A stretch of DNA of 64,000 nt from Sarea resinae (taxonomy: Eukaryota): contig JAPEUD010000021.1 of the NCBI GenBank assembly GCA_026026165.1, positions 186,001 through 250,000 of the forward strand. The letters run 5' to 3'. Positions 39,867 to 52,719 of the stretch are shown in pieces. The first letter of the stretch is position 1; each line of letters starts with the position of its first letter. Below the pieces are notes generated by a model. The model worked only from the letters and a program-made list of their open reading frames with translations, was not told the DNA's origin and made no database searches. The translations under genes were made by a program, and so were the position numbers.

Positions 39867-40484
39867 TGTTAAATCTCAAGTCTTATCCATCCTATCAAAT
39901 GGAATCTATTCAAGTCGACTTTGTTCAAGTCTAATTACAGAGAGAGAGAGAGAGAGAGAAAGAGAAGGAGTCCGACACGGGTTGATTGTAATGGAATGGT
40001 GCAAATCACATCAAATCACATCAAATCCTATCAATTCCAATCAATTCTCACGTCAAGCCAAATCACACCAAGTCACACCGAATCAAAACACACGCCATTC
40101 CCCCTTGAAACCCCCCAATATCCGTTATCCGTGATCTTGCCTGCCCTGAAGAAACCCCACCAGCCCAACCAGCCCGACCGACTAGACCGACCAGACCAAC
40201 TACACTGGCTAGATCGACCAAGGGACAAGAACAGAAGTGAGAGAAATGAAAGGTGTGATGTGATATGATATGATGTGAAAGTGTGGGATGGTGCCGGATC
40301 AGGCGAGATCCCTTAACGCGCGCGATCCAGTTTTTTCTTCTTTGGACTAAAAGTACAGAGGGGATTTTGGCAGGTGAGCATGTAAGTGAGTAAGGAAGGA
40401 AGGGGGTAAGTACGCAAGCAGGTAAGTAAGCAGGTAAGGAGACATGAGAGACGTAATACATCGAGACAAGGGAAAAGGCAAAAG

Positions 40485-40550
40485 AAAAAGAAAAAGAAAA
40501 AGAAAAAGAAAAAGAAAAAGAAAAAGAAAAAGAAAAAGAAAAAGAAAAAG
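40485..40550 (+). repeat. (AAAAAG)11 hexanucleotide microsatellite
   Basis: Perfect tandem aaaaag units. Confidence 0.95.
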
Positions 40551-41329
40551 GGACAGAAACAGAGACAGAAGAAAATGAAATGCTTTCGGAATCGACATGC
40601 TCACATCCCGCCTGTGCCCCTACTCCACGCTGCCATTTCTGCTGTCAGAGCAGTCATATCACCCACCACACGTTCGAGCACCTCGATCGCGATTGTGTCC
40701 TCGTGTACGACACTCGGGTTCTGGTCATAGACGCCTTTCCCCGAGACCCCGACTCCTTTCCAGCTAGATCCGCCAAGTCCATCTACCACTTTGTTCGCGT
40801 CTCTCAGCCCACTGACGTTGCGAGCTGTATGTGTGTGAGATAGAGAGAGGGTGGTAGTTGTGAAGGTGCAATACGATGACAGTCCATAAGCAAGTCCCCC
40901 GTGAGAGGAACGGGAGGAACAACAGAAACAATAAATCGACGACACACGATGGTTAGGCCGACATTGCAGATGCACATGCGGGGAAGTCAGCAAGTCAAGC
41001 CAGGTAAGCGGGGCGTTTTGCTGAGCCGGACATGTATTGAGATAGATAACTCCTAGAGAGGCAGTCCAAGCAAGCTGAACAGATAAATGGATAGCGACAG
41101 GACGAGGCATGGACAGCCGAAGATGCAGTTTGGTTGTGAGTGACAAGGTTGCCGTATGGCAAAGTCGATGAAAGGCCGAAGCTGATGGCTGCAGAACAGA
41201 GAACGAGCGAGGGTACAGTCAAAGTCAAATCAAGTCAAAGAAAATAAGGTTCGTTCGATGCGTGCCCGACGTTTTCGTTTCGTTGGATATCGTTGGGATC
41301 TGTTGAAGAGTAGGCGGGGCGGGAGATGG

Positions 41330-42190
41330 CTAATTGCCGCGCATCTTCCGCGTACCAGCTGCCTGATTGGTTGACTTAGTTAGCCACGGGTTCCCTTTTC
41401 TTGCTTTCACTTTCCTGGTGTCAAAAGAGCTTTGCGTGGAATACGAAGAGAGCCGGGGATGGGAAAGTAAACAAAGCCGATGGGGTATGTGCTGGAAGAG
41501 TCTAAGAGTAGATGTGATGGATGTCGTGTAATGGAGAGGGGCGATTGAGACGGCAATGTAGGTTCGGGTATGGAGGGATAATAGAAGATGAGCGAGGCTG
41601 GATCGGAAGAGTACGGAAGACAAAAAAGAGGAGAGCAAGGCCAAGCGCCGCGCATTCAAACACGGCACAGGTTGCAATGGAGAGAAGAAAGACGCCACAA
41701 GCACAGAGAATAAAACATAGGAATTGACACAGATACAGAGACAAGCACATACCTTCTTTCCGGTCTTTCCTGACACGACACCCTCGACCATCAACACCGC
41801 ACCCTCAATCTTCTCCTTTACAGCCTCGAGCGTCGTCTTCTCCTTCTTCTCCTCTTTCTCAACCTCTCCTTTCTCCTCGGCCTTCTCCTTTACTACCGCC
41901 TTCTTCTTGGTTTTCTTAGCCGCACCGACCTTCTTCTTGGTCTCGGGCTCCTTTTTCGTCACACGCCCAGACGTCACTTTCGCCCCACTAGCCTTAGCAG
42001 GTCTTCCAGCTTTTTTGGCCCCAGTGGAAGGCTTTTTCTTAGTCGCCGCAACAGTATCTTTGCTAGCAGCTTTCTTGGGTGCAGCTGCCGCCTTGCGCTT
42101 CTTGGGCTTTGCCGCAGCAGAGGTGGGGGGGTTAGTATCTTCGATGATACGGGGGCGCGAATGGCCTGTTGCGGAGCGTGTGGAAGCCAT
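41330..42190 (-). CDS. Small Lys/Ala-rich basic protein (histone H1-like composition), 156 aa; exons 42190-41753, 41362-41330
   Basis: K/A/P-rich N-terminus; AAG|GTATGT donor at 41752, GCTAAC branch and ATCAG acceptor at 41363 give KEKIEGAVLMVEGVVSGKTGKK|AAGTRKMRGN*, resembling a fungal hypothetical-protein motif (..PGKKAAGT.KM.G). Confidence 0.72.
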   Translation of the reverse strand: MASTRSATGHSRPRIIEDTNPPTSAAAKPKKRKAAAAPKKAASKDTVAATKKKPSTGAKKAGRPAKASGAKVTSGRVTKKEPETKKKVGAAKKTKKKAVVKEKAEEKGEVEKEEKKEKTTLEAVKEKIEGAVLMVEGVVSGKTGKKVCACLCICVNSYVLFSVLVASFFSPLQPVPCLNARRLALLSSFLSSVLFRSSLAHLLLSLHTRTYIAVSIAPLHYTTSITSTLRLFQHIPHRLCLLSHPRLSSYSTQSSFDTRKVKARKGNPWLTKSTNQAAGTRKMRGN

Positions 42191-42312
42191 TCCTTCAGTT
42201 TGATGCTCTTTCGGATTTTGTGTCGAGAAGAACTGGCTGGCTAGAGCTGAATTGAAGTGCGTAAGTTATCGGATCAGCTCGGGTCCTGTCTTGTGTATGA
42301 GTTCCACTCACT

Positions 42313-42320
42313 TGACGTCA
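42313..42320. promoter_or_regulatory. Palindromic ATF/CREB (CRE) site TGACGTCA ~120 bp upstream of the lysine-rich gene
   Basis: Exact TGACGTCA at 42313-42320; function inferred from position only. Confidence 0.4.
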
Positions 42321-43125
42321 CGTAGATAAAGAGGCACGATTGCGAGATTCGCGCGCGACCGAGAAAGACGCAACTATCTTCAGATGTGCTCAGATATGAA
42401 GTCGCACGATTTGTGCGACTAGAATGAAGGAGATGAATTTGAATTCGAGGGTGGTGGGTGGTGGTTGAGGGAACTTGGTTGTTGTTGTTGTTATGGGTGG
42501 TTGCGCGCGCGCGCGTTTGCTATCAAGTGCAAGAACCCCTGCGCAGGGAGATGAATGATCAGCGTGGGGTATGCTGGCGCATGCGAATGCGACAACGGAC
42601 TTACTTGGCGATATAACAATCTCTGCGAATTTTTGGCACAAAGGTCGACCAATTTGACAGAGGCTAGATGATGGAAGACGGTCTTACTTATGTGCGGACT
42701 GGTAGGTATGGGAAGGTGGATGGATGAATATGTGGGAGGGGAGGGGCGGCACCCGATTGACTCGATGAGCTCGAGCTCTCTCTATCCCTCCAAACGAGTC
42801 GCGCAGCTGCGTCACAACATCACAAGCGCGTGCCTCGCAATGATTGCATGCGCAACGGAAAATGAATGCATCAAATGCATCAAATGCTTTGAAAGCAATG
42901 AACCCCTTTTTGGGGTGGGTTTCCTCGACTATTTCCCCAGACTCTATGATATATTAGTCTCACTGGAAAGAAGCCACAATCCGTGTAAAAGTGCATCCCT
43001 ATCATACTAGTCCATCCATCCATCAATCATCTTTCTTCCACCGCCCATCCATCAGTCACACAAATCGCAGCACTACGCCTATTGCACACCCCACAACACC
43101 TACTACTTTATTTTTTTTCGTTTGC

Positions 43126-46100
43126 TCACGACCGCAACTTGGCCATCCTCTTAGACATGCTATATCCTGTCAGTACCGAACATCATCAAGGCTATGGAAA
43201 TACTCACAAATCAAAGAAAGCAAATTGACTAGGACTGCTGCCAAATTCGTAAACAAAACGGCTCGCCAGATAGCTGCCAAAGATGGCGCGTAGATAATTA
43301 TCCGGAACCTGTTCATGTTAGTAAGAAGGCCATTGACTCAAACAAATCAACTCACCCGCTCTAGAATCAAGTCCAGTCCAATCTTCTCAAGCAGCAGAGC
43401 TGGTAGCGCATCTTCCAAAATAGATCTTCGCAGATCTTCCTTCTCCCACAATCCACTATTTTGCAACTCTTCGTCTAATTTCGTGATGGCAACACTCAGC
43501 TTGTCGCTGAGCACACTGCGAGGAAGTCCGGTCTGTTGGTGTTCTCTCCAGATGGCCTCAAATTCTAGCTGTGCATTCTTCTTGATGGTCTCTTGCACCG
43601 CCTTTACGTAAGCAATATAGAACGGCGGCGCCGTTCCGTCGTCTCGATGGCACATGTTCTCCACGAAGCCAGGGTCGTCAAAGGACAGAGATGCCAGAAC
43701 TTCCAACGATGACGAAGTGACACCACCTTTGTTGGCAGATGCGTCTTTGAACAAGATACATCCGGCCTTCTCGAGACGCAGCTTCGCGTCTTGGGTAATG
43801 AAGAGGTTTGCGCCTTCGACGATGTATGGAATCGTGCTCTTTCCATCTACAATGAGCTTGGTCACGGAGCTGAGATCAATTGATTCCGGACGACCGCCAC
43901 ACGGCACAAACATGTCGTATTGAAGTTTGTTGCGGAGATGGAACGTGTTGCGGAATGTCGTGCCATTGTGGACGGTCTCGCCACTCGGAAGCTTGACGTT
44001 GTTCTGATCAACCAGAACACGATATCCCTCGGAAGAGAGCTTCGTAGCGTCGAAATGCGAGATCATCAGTCTCTGTTGCGCGAGGCGAACAAGCTCTGGA
44101 TAGTCAATGCCGTTGGGGTCGATAAGTACGCCAGATCCATCCACTAAACAAAGTCAGCACTGGTAACCGAATAGATCTCTCTCCATACCAATCGCAGTAT
44201 ACTTCTCATTGCCTAAGATGATTTCATTCGATCCCAAATCGCCATCAGGCCCGCCAGTCTGTAATTTTCGTACGGTGGACGGGTTGAGATTGAGTTTTCT
44301 GTAGATACCCAGGACGAATTCTCTGACTGACAAAGTGGTCATTCCGTAAGCATCATGGGGAATACCTCCAAGCTTAGGGCTCTGTGACGGTCGTTAGTAT
44401 CTGATCACAAGCTGGGATCCGTGTTGGCGACAAACCTTTCCGGTGAAGAAAGACTTCCACCAGGGTGCACCGCGAGTTCTGGCATGCTCGGTCGCCCAGT
44501 CTACTAGGTCTGCCGTGTTCTCATCAGGGCCCATGAAAAGAATTTCTTGTTGCCCGTGCAAATCCACGATAGGATCTTTGATACCAGGGCTGGTTGGGGG
44601 AAGAAGAAGATCCAGGATACTGTCAATGTACTTCTCAAATGCGACTCTGGCCTTGTCTTGTTGATGAACGTCGAGTAAAATCACACCCTTTGATCCACCT
44701 TCCGGAATATCCTTGTTCTTTCGCTGTTGTGTGTTGGCAAGATTATAGTTCTCATCGAAAAGCGAGCGAGCGTTGATCGAGTAAGCTTCCCTATTACGCG
44801 ACTTAACTATTCGGATACCACCTCGAGCAATATCTCGGAAACGCTGTCATCCAAGTTAATATGTGATATTATCAAAGACCGGGAATCTTACAAGGTGGAA
44901 GCCTCGGAATTCCGAACTAATCACCAAGAACATGCCATAAAGGGGCTGGGGATATTCCGATTCAGGGAGGAAGCTGGGGTTGAATCGGAAGCTGAGAGCG
45001 ACTTTCGTAGGTGTGTAGAAGTTTGTTTTCCTGGTAAGATAAGCCCAAGCTCTGCAGTCGTCCAATCTAGAGTGACTTACAGAACACTAGCATTGAAGAT
45101 TCGGAACGCCGTCATAACCATCTCATCGTGCTCGGTTGCAGCACTCTGAGAGATGAGCTCCTTCAGCTCGGAGTCATCAAGAACTTTGTCCACCTTCAGA
45201 CGAAGATAACTCAGAGTCGGAATGAAGTCATCTTGCTCGCCTCGGGTCTGCACGTAGTGAGTGTTTGCAAATGAGAGATACAACGATCGGACAAGATCCG
45301 GATATTTGTTGATGATTTCCAGGATGTAGTCGGCTGTGAACGTCTCAGTACGGAGGCGGCGCTTGATTTTAGCCAGCATCTCAGCATGCGCGCTGTTGTT
45401 GGGATTCAAAACCGACATCAAAGATGTATATTCAGAGCCTATTTCCTGTCAGTCCGAGAACAGTGTCGGAAAATAAGAAAAATCTACCGAGTCGATTGAG
45501 GAAATGTCCAACAAAGACCCACACGCAGTGAGCGTAGATCGTCTCTTGCAAACTCAGTCGTCCACTGGCAAAGTGTAACTGGAACTTATTTTGCGGGATA
45601 CAGTAAAGGAGAGAGACTTCTTTCATGATCTGATAGATAGATGCCTCAATCGGAGGGTATCGAGCTGAGGTGCCAGCGTGAGGAAGCTGACGGAGATAGA
45701 GCGACATGACGGTAACACCGTTCGAGAATTGTTCTACATGGTCCGTAAGTTTGCGGCTTACATATTTCACGGTATATGTGGGACTCACCGACGTATTTTC
45801 GCGAGGAGGTGACTCCGTAATAATGATACTGTAGAAAATTAGCCACAGTGGAAGACACAAAAAGCTCACAGGAGTAGAATCTACCAAATCGCTCAATGCA
45901 CTGAAGATACCATGCGCACTCCCTTGCTGATATGCAATCACCAGACGCTTATCTCTTCTGCCTTCGATATCAAACATCTCGATCACAGGTCCGGTCCTCG
46001 AGACGGTGTTGTGGATGATCTCCTGGTAGATGGCCTTGGTATTATCCGTAGCCTTTTGCAAGAAAGTCTTGTCACCAATGACATCGAGTCTCGTCTCATT

Positions 46101-46809
46101 CTTGTCGGGATTTGGATTGGCAAAATTGCATTTGTACACGAAGTAGCAGCGAAGTTGGTGCTCTTGATCTCCTGGCAAAGGTCCGGACGAACGGAACGTC
46201 TCGACACGGTAGCTGTTGCTACCAGATGAAAGATCCAGATATTTCTCGTCAATTCTCTGCTCGTAGCGTGGCCCATCCATGACGCTCACGCCCGGTTTGC
46301 TCGTGTCAATATACACGGCATGGTCTGCAGCTTCTTTGTCCAACCGGATCTCCAGCTGCTTGTCGTCTCGAGCGTATGCAGCAATTTTGGCGGCATAGAG
46401 GGAAAGAATGTGGTTGACGATGGCCTCGACTGTCTCAGTCGAAAAGTACATGTCATCAATGCCCAATTCGTTGTAGAACCAATTGGTCTCCGACTCGACA
46501 AAGTCGGCAGGAATGAAGCCTTTTTCCTCGATCTGGTCCATGACTGCAAACAATATGGGTCAGCACTAATGGTCCACGGCGAGTACGGAAATTCCGCAAG
46601 AATCATAGCTTACCCTGCTCCATCTGCTTCTCCTTGCCTTCGAATTTTGGGGCCACATATCCGGGGCCAGATTCATCAATCACTCTGTGATGATGGCTGG
46701 AGCCAGGAACGCTCAAATGCGTGGGCTGAGGAGACGGCTGGCGGCCCGGGGTACGCACGATGTGATCAAGCACTTTATTGTGCGGCGCACTCTGTGCTGG
46801 TTCGGCCAT
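43126..46809 (-). CDS. GDH2: NAD-specific glutamate dehydrogenase, 1,053 aa; 11 exons: 46809-46614, 46543-45885, 45828-45789, 45733-45488, 45438-45081, 45030-44892, 44843-44436, 44381-44189, 44143-43356, 43308-43208, 43159-43126
   Basis: RQPSPQPTH, KTNFYTPTKVALSFR, FRGFHLRFRDIARGGIRIV, KNKDIPEGGSKG, GPDENTA, GGIPHDAYGMTT, QTGGPDGDLGSNEI, FVPCGGRP, VEGANLF, KDASANKGGVTSSS; all ten GT-AG introns keep frame (3,162 nt). Aspergillus name gdhB. Confidence 0.97.
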
Positions 46810-49362
46810 GATGCTGAGCAGTTGTTTGGACGGCCTCAAACTGGCTTGGATCTTCACGAATGTATTGGTAGGTTCGTCTTGTCCTATGGTTCCGGTTACA
46901 AGCGGAAGGGAACCTCAATGGCCGAACAATGAATGGCACATGAAGCTCTGCGGGTAAGGAATTGGTCAATGGAAACTCTGGTCGCTGGGGAAAAAAGGAA
47001 ACATGCGAACCTGTCGTTCTTAAATGCGCAAAGAATGTTGCCGGCCGTTGCGTCGACGAGGATGGTTGGGTTGGGGCACGAAAAGCGAAAAATCCCAATC
47101 AATAAGAATCGAGGCAGGTTCACGACGGTTGGTGAAGGAGGTGGTCCGTGGTGCGATAAAGCCAAATGAACGAAAGTCACCGCTGTTGCTCTCTGCGTCA
47201 TGCGTATGTGTGAAGTACCCGCATCGGCTACGAAACCAGGCGGAAACAGGCGGAGACGGGCCTGTCACTGCAATCACTGCAATCACTGCTAGGACTGCAA
47301 GGGGCAGCGTACGAAGGACAAGATCGAAGGATGAGGAAGTTCGAAAGCAACGAGAGCAACGAGAGCAACGACAGCGATGGGTCGAGCTCACGGATGCAGC
47401 GAGATGGCGGACTGACCTGTCTGATCCGCAATCTATTGAAGTTTAATTGTTTCTGACCGGTCAAGGAAGAACAAAGACCATCTGGTCATCCAATGCTGAA
47501 GATGGGCGGCCCTCGATGTCGGAGCAGGTATCTACAAAGTACGAGTCCGAGGCAGGGTACGGGCCAGATACTTGCCCGATACCACCCAGCGTCCGAAGCG
47601 TGGTGGGGTTGGTACCTGGTCCCTGACAAGCATGAGGTTCCCCAAGGTTCTCACCGTGCCCGCCCGCACTGACTGACTGACTGACTGGCAATCGCAGGGA
47701 GGAGAGCCCGTGGAGATATAATAATGTGATGGGGCCCAATGGAGCCCGTACGGTGGGTATGTTATCCATTGTATGATCATCATGATTGCTCTGTCTGCAA
47801 TGCAATTGCTCTGTCCTTCCTCCCTCCATCCCAGGTCCGTGATGATATGGCTCTGACAAGGTACCCGGTGACTGAGGCTTGCTAGATGGGTGCTAAGCAA
47901 AACACAAGGTCCAGGCTGCGTGCAGCAGTGCGTGCCGTGCTTGCTGGTGGTCACGATATGAATTGTGAGAATGATAACGACCGTGGTACAAGGCAAATCG
48001 TGGCTGAACAGGGAAAGACCAATAGCCCGCACGTGTCTCATTGCGGTTTGTGTAATCGACGGATAGGTACCTCGGGCGTTCGACACCTCAATCTTATCCA
48101 CAGGATGGGAAGGTATGGATGGACCGAAGGCACGAGGAATGAGGAATGATGATGGTCATGGTAGATGATCATGGGAAGACTGCGAGGTAAGGTAAGGTAG
48201 GTAGTGATCCGAATCAGGCTTCTCCTCTTCTCCTCCTCCTCCTCCCCTCATCCAAGTCGCTCCGTTGCGGCCCTAAGCCTCCATGTCCAGATCCTATTCG
48301 ATGCTCGTTCCTAGCGAAAGAGAGAAAAGCAGGCTCGCCCTGCCGCCATCAAGCTCGCAGAGATTACTTAGGATATCCGTTACCTAAGCCCAATTCCGAA
48401 GGTGTCAAGAGCACAATTGCTCCCATTTCGACAGGCTGTGCTCATAGCTCGCAATCCGGACGCAGATGATCTAACTGCTGAAGTAGCATCAGGTAGTGAA
48501 ATGGCTTTATATAGCAACCACCATCCAATCCATGATCTTGCGCGCATGACTCAGAATGACTTCAGGGTGAATCAAACCGCTCGAACAATCCTGAACAGCG
48601 CCACTCAAAGCGCCGAATCCGAGGACCGACACGGCGCGTCTAGTCACAGTGGAGCTTCTCTCATCTTCTAGATGCACGCTGGTCTCACCGTCGATGTGCA
48701 TTCTTCTTGGACAGGCATTAAGCCTGTAACAACACACCTCGGCTGCATATCTCTGTTACCGCGCTCAGATCTTGCGTTCCGAGGCGAACGATGAGTGCAT
48801 GGACTGCTCGTTGCACAGCAGCGAGTGTATCGGGTTCTGGGTCACTTACCACCGTTGCAGCCATGGTGAGCACTTCTTCTACCGGCATCTCGGTCTCGAT
48901 CTCAACTTCGTCTCCTGCGGAAATCCGAATAGGGTTTTGAGACTCAGATCATTCCGATAGTCCAAGCAATTTGAGATAAAGCCAACCCTGATGGCGGCAT
49001 ATAGAAATCTCCGATCAGCGGAGTAGCTACGCTGGCCGTTCAAGGGGTTTTCCTCCATACATGGATTGTGATTGTCACACGAGTTTACGACTCCTGATGC
49101 TTCTTCACCTATGCCTCGCTGCTCAAGAGCTGTGGAGCAAGAGGCCAGTGGCTCAGTATCACAGATATCACATATCTAGCTGTCCGCATGCTAATTTCCG
49201 CACATCGGGTAAACAGTCCGGTGAAAATCAGTCGATGAGCTTGATGTTAAAGAGAAATCGTTTCCTTCCCTGCGCCGTTGTCTATAAGCAAGCCTACAGG
49301 ATGATGCACGCCCACTCTTGATCCTCACCTAGCCCTTCGGGAGTGCCAGCAACAAGAACCTT

Positions 49363-50032
49363 TTAGAGACCTTGTCGTAATCGTTCGCTCAATTTCATCT
49401 TTCCAAATTCCCATGCGTTCATCAACCCTTGTTCTGACAGGTCGATACCCTTTACAGCTGTGATGTCCTGCACCGGCGGCCGGCTCACACGGGAGGCCAC
49501 GATGACGGGGTCCGTCTCGAGTATGATGCCGTCATCGATGATTTCGTCGATAGCAAGGGAGACGAGGTCATAGTTCTCGATTATGGTTCGTTTGTCCGTA
49601 GAGTTCCTGGTACTTTGGTCAACATCTGGAGTAAGGTAGGCAAGGGGCAAATTAGCAGGATACATACTTGAGGAGGATGTTCAGAGAATCTCTCAAAGCA
49701 AGTATGACATTGTAAAGAAGGATCTCGTTCTCGTCCGCCCCTCCCACCACGTAAAGCATCACGTCGCTCTCCATCTTGAAGACCACTACCCGGTTGTCGT
49801 AGAGGATGACATCGCTCGTTTGCTTGGCAGTCTTCTCCAGCAGCCCCTTCTCGAACGCTTTCTGATCCTTCAGAGTAGGATACGGGTTCCCACTGGGGAA
49901 GTCGATCGAATGCGCCGCCGCCGCATTTGGGATGTGAGGAGGGGAGTAGTACTTGGCGAGGATGCGAGAGGAATCATCGGTGGAGAGGATGAGGATGGCA
50001 TTGACGGAGAACAAAGACATGTTGGCAGGCAT
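49363..50032 (-). CDS. RET3: Coatomer subunit zeta (zeta-COP), 202 aa; exons 50032-49668, 49606-49363
   Basis: SLFSVNAILIL, RILAKYY, QKAFEKGLLEKT, DVMLYVVGGADENEILL, DKRTIIENYDLVSLAIDEIIDDGIILETDP; intron GTATGT..ACCAG. Confidence 0.96.
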
Positions 50033-50332
50033 GATGGCGATGTTGCGCAGACTGTGCGCTTTGAAGCTCCTAGGGAAGAGGACTGTCAGGAGCAAGCTGG
50101 AGGTGCAATTGAACTCACAAGGCCGAACTGGTGTCTCGGTCCTTGTGGTGTTGTGTCCCTATCATCCAGAAGCAAGCGCGCCGGGTAACCAATTAGGACT
50201 ACCTGGGACTTGGACCCTCGCGAAATTATTTCCGCATGAATATTATTGCGCTCCTCGAAGTAGGCGATAGTCTATATAAAAGCTAACAATGATGCACTGT
50301 TTCCAATCCCTTCACTAGTAGAGCGTTTCTCA

Positions 50333-52719
50333 ATGTCGCTCAAAGCTCTTCAATGTTCAGCATTGCGCCGGGCGGTATGCCCAGCGGCGCCGTTTCTGCT
50401 GCCTTTGAGCGGACCTTTCGTTCGCACCACGAGCTCCAATGGAAATGTAGCTCATCCGCATGCGAACTGTCGTCAGAATGCGCGGCTGTATTCGGGGCAT
50501 AGGCGACAGTCACGCTCGAGGAGGGATCCTTTTGCGGCGGACAAAGCTGCAGTTGAAAAGTATGAGAACATCTCACAAAAGGTCAGTGGTTGAAGAAATG
50601 TCTGGTCCTCTGTCGAAGCACCTGCTAAACATTGGCGTAGATTTTGGACTTTCAGGGCGAGCTATATTCCGGTAATCTTGAGGCCGCCATGGAACACTAT
50701 CCGCAATTGAAGCCTGAGCTTTCTTCCTCCCATGTTAAGGAACTGGCCCGGTTGATCAATAATTGCTATCGGAATGGGCGCATGGAACATGACAGAGAAG
50801 TCATATTAGGGCATGCTCAGACACTCGTCGAGGACCTCAGGAAAAGGAAGATTGCAGCGCACCCACTTGCGAGCCTCCATCTCATCTCACTCTTTCAGCA
50901 GTCGAAGCAATACGATCTGGGACTAGAGTTCTGGGATTGGCTTCTGAAGCAAGACGAAACCTACGCGGATGCACGTACTTATGGTGCAGCAATCGAATTT
51001 CTTGCGTATTACGGGACGCCCCTGCAAGATCTCGAAGAATTGTATGCTTACGCCCTCAAACGATTTCCTGGAGGATTTTCCGCATACCATCTATCGCCAG
51101 AGGCTATCCTACCTGATCGCTCTCAGCAAGTCACCTTCTCGGGCACACGACTCCTATTGCTCCAGGGCATTCTCGCTGCTCGTCTTGTCCATGGCAGTTG
51201 GAGAGATGCATATATGGCGCTTGACACCGCTTTGAGACTATATCCGACCGCAGTGCCGGCTAGATTCTTTGAGATGTTTCTGTATGAGCGGCCACTAATT
51301 GAGGGATACCAAGTGTTCCTAATTGCCTGTCGTTCGGGCAATCCTCCCTCGGCGCCTTTGCTTACAGCAATGCTCTCGGCCTTTACCGACGCTCAGTCTC
51401 TTGGTGGTGATCTGTCTCACAATTCAACAATAGCGAAAGCCATGCTGAACATGATGTACGCCTATCTCGGAGCTGGAGGAGAACTAAACGTCATACATCT
51501 CAATATTGCCGTTCGTGGTGCACTGGCTCTTCTACCGGCGGCTCGCCCTGATAAGGATGAGGCAAATCTGCACGGCGTCCACCGTGCTATGGCTGAGATC
51601 ATAAGCCGTTTGATCAACGCCTTTTCCGAACGAGGTATAACCCCCTCCTCTGCCACGTTTGCAGCCATGATCAACATGGGTGGCAAGCTACGCCGAGGGC
51701 AAGTTGTCAAACTAGGCATCGACGGCCTTACCCGCGCTGGCCTGGAAATGGACTCCGTCACCCACCGTGTCCTTCTCACCGCAATGGGAGAGCTGCAAAA
51801 CGCGCATCTCGTCGAGGAAAGCTGGAATGCTCTCGTGGAGCATAGTCAAGGTTCTGACGAGGGACTTATCAAAAGAGACTGGATGTCTCTAGCGCAGGCG
51901 GCACGAAGAGCAGGAAACGCTGCTTTTGTCGAGGAGCAGCTTTTGGAATTCGAGCAGTTCTTACACCCGGGCCTCGGGCGAACGATCAAGAGCGAGTTGC
52001 GGCCTAGAGATGAAACGCCACTTTTGGAGACTCGGCAAAAGTCCCTACAAGGGACTTTGACAGCCAATGACGTCCTCCCTCTACTTGCGGAGCTGGATAC
52101 CCAGTCGGAGAAGCTGTGGGACTTGGCTCACACGAAGACGATTGCAAACTTCTACCTCTCCCCTATCAGTACAGCCCTCTCTACTATAGGCAGCACAGAT
52201 ACTTCTTCGGTGCATGCTATACCAGAAGAACAACAATGCGCCCTCTACGACGAACTAACCACCGATCCCCCCTCTCGACATTCGTCCCACTCTCAGGAGC
52301 CGACCACGGAGCCGGAAGCCGCTATGCCCGAACCATTAAGCACCACTGGCTACCCGCTCAGCGCTCTCCGGTACGAGAACTGGAAATCCATCAACGCGGT
52401 GCTTAGCGAGGCAGAGGCGCACGAAGAGGCCAGGCAGTTAGCGGTAGACGATGCCTTGAAAGCAGGTAAGCCAATGCCGTCGTCGTCATCTTCCTCGCCC
52501 GTGACGAAGGCCGTTCGCTCGGGCAGGAAGAGACCTCTACGGTTTGCTGGCAATTTTTTCTCGGCGGCATCGTTGAAGCGTCACAGTCACTCCGAATTCC
52601 CGAGTGGTGGTGATGATGAGTCTGGGGCGGCGGCGGCGTTGCAGATGCAGCAGTGGAGGCAAGATATCCTTCTATTGAGGGGGCTAGAGAAGGACGAGCG
52701 AATTCCCAGCGCCGGATAG
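50333..52719 (+). CDS. Probable mitochondrial pentatricopeptide-repeat (PPR)-like helical protein, 775 aa; exons 50333-50581, 50641-52719
   Basis: Arg-rich, acid-poor N-terminus like a presequence; PPR-like segments DARTYGAAIEFLAYYG, GITPSSATFAAMINMGGKL, MDSVTHRVLLTAMGEL; intron GTCAGT 50582 to GCGTAG 50640 in frame. Confidence 0.7.

Noticed and set aside
40347..40604. ORF with an (LF)n hydrophobic run resembling a membrane peptide
   Set aside because: Translation of the (AAAAAG)n microsatellite.
49626..49667. Proximal acceptor (CTCCAG) in the RET3 intron
   Set aside because: Would give a 42-nt intron and an immediate stop; the distal ACCAG restores the conserved reading.
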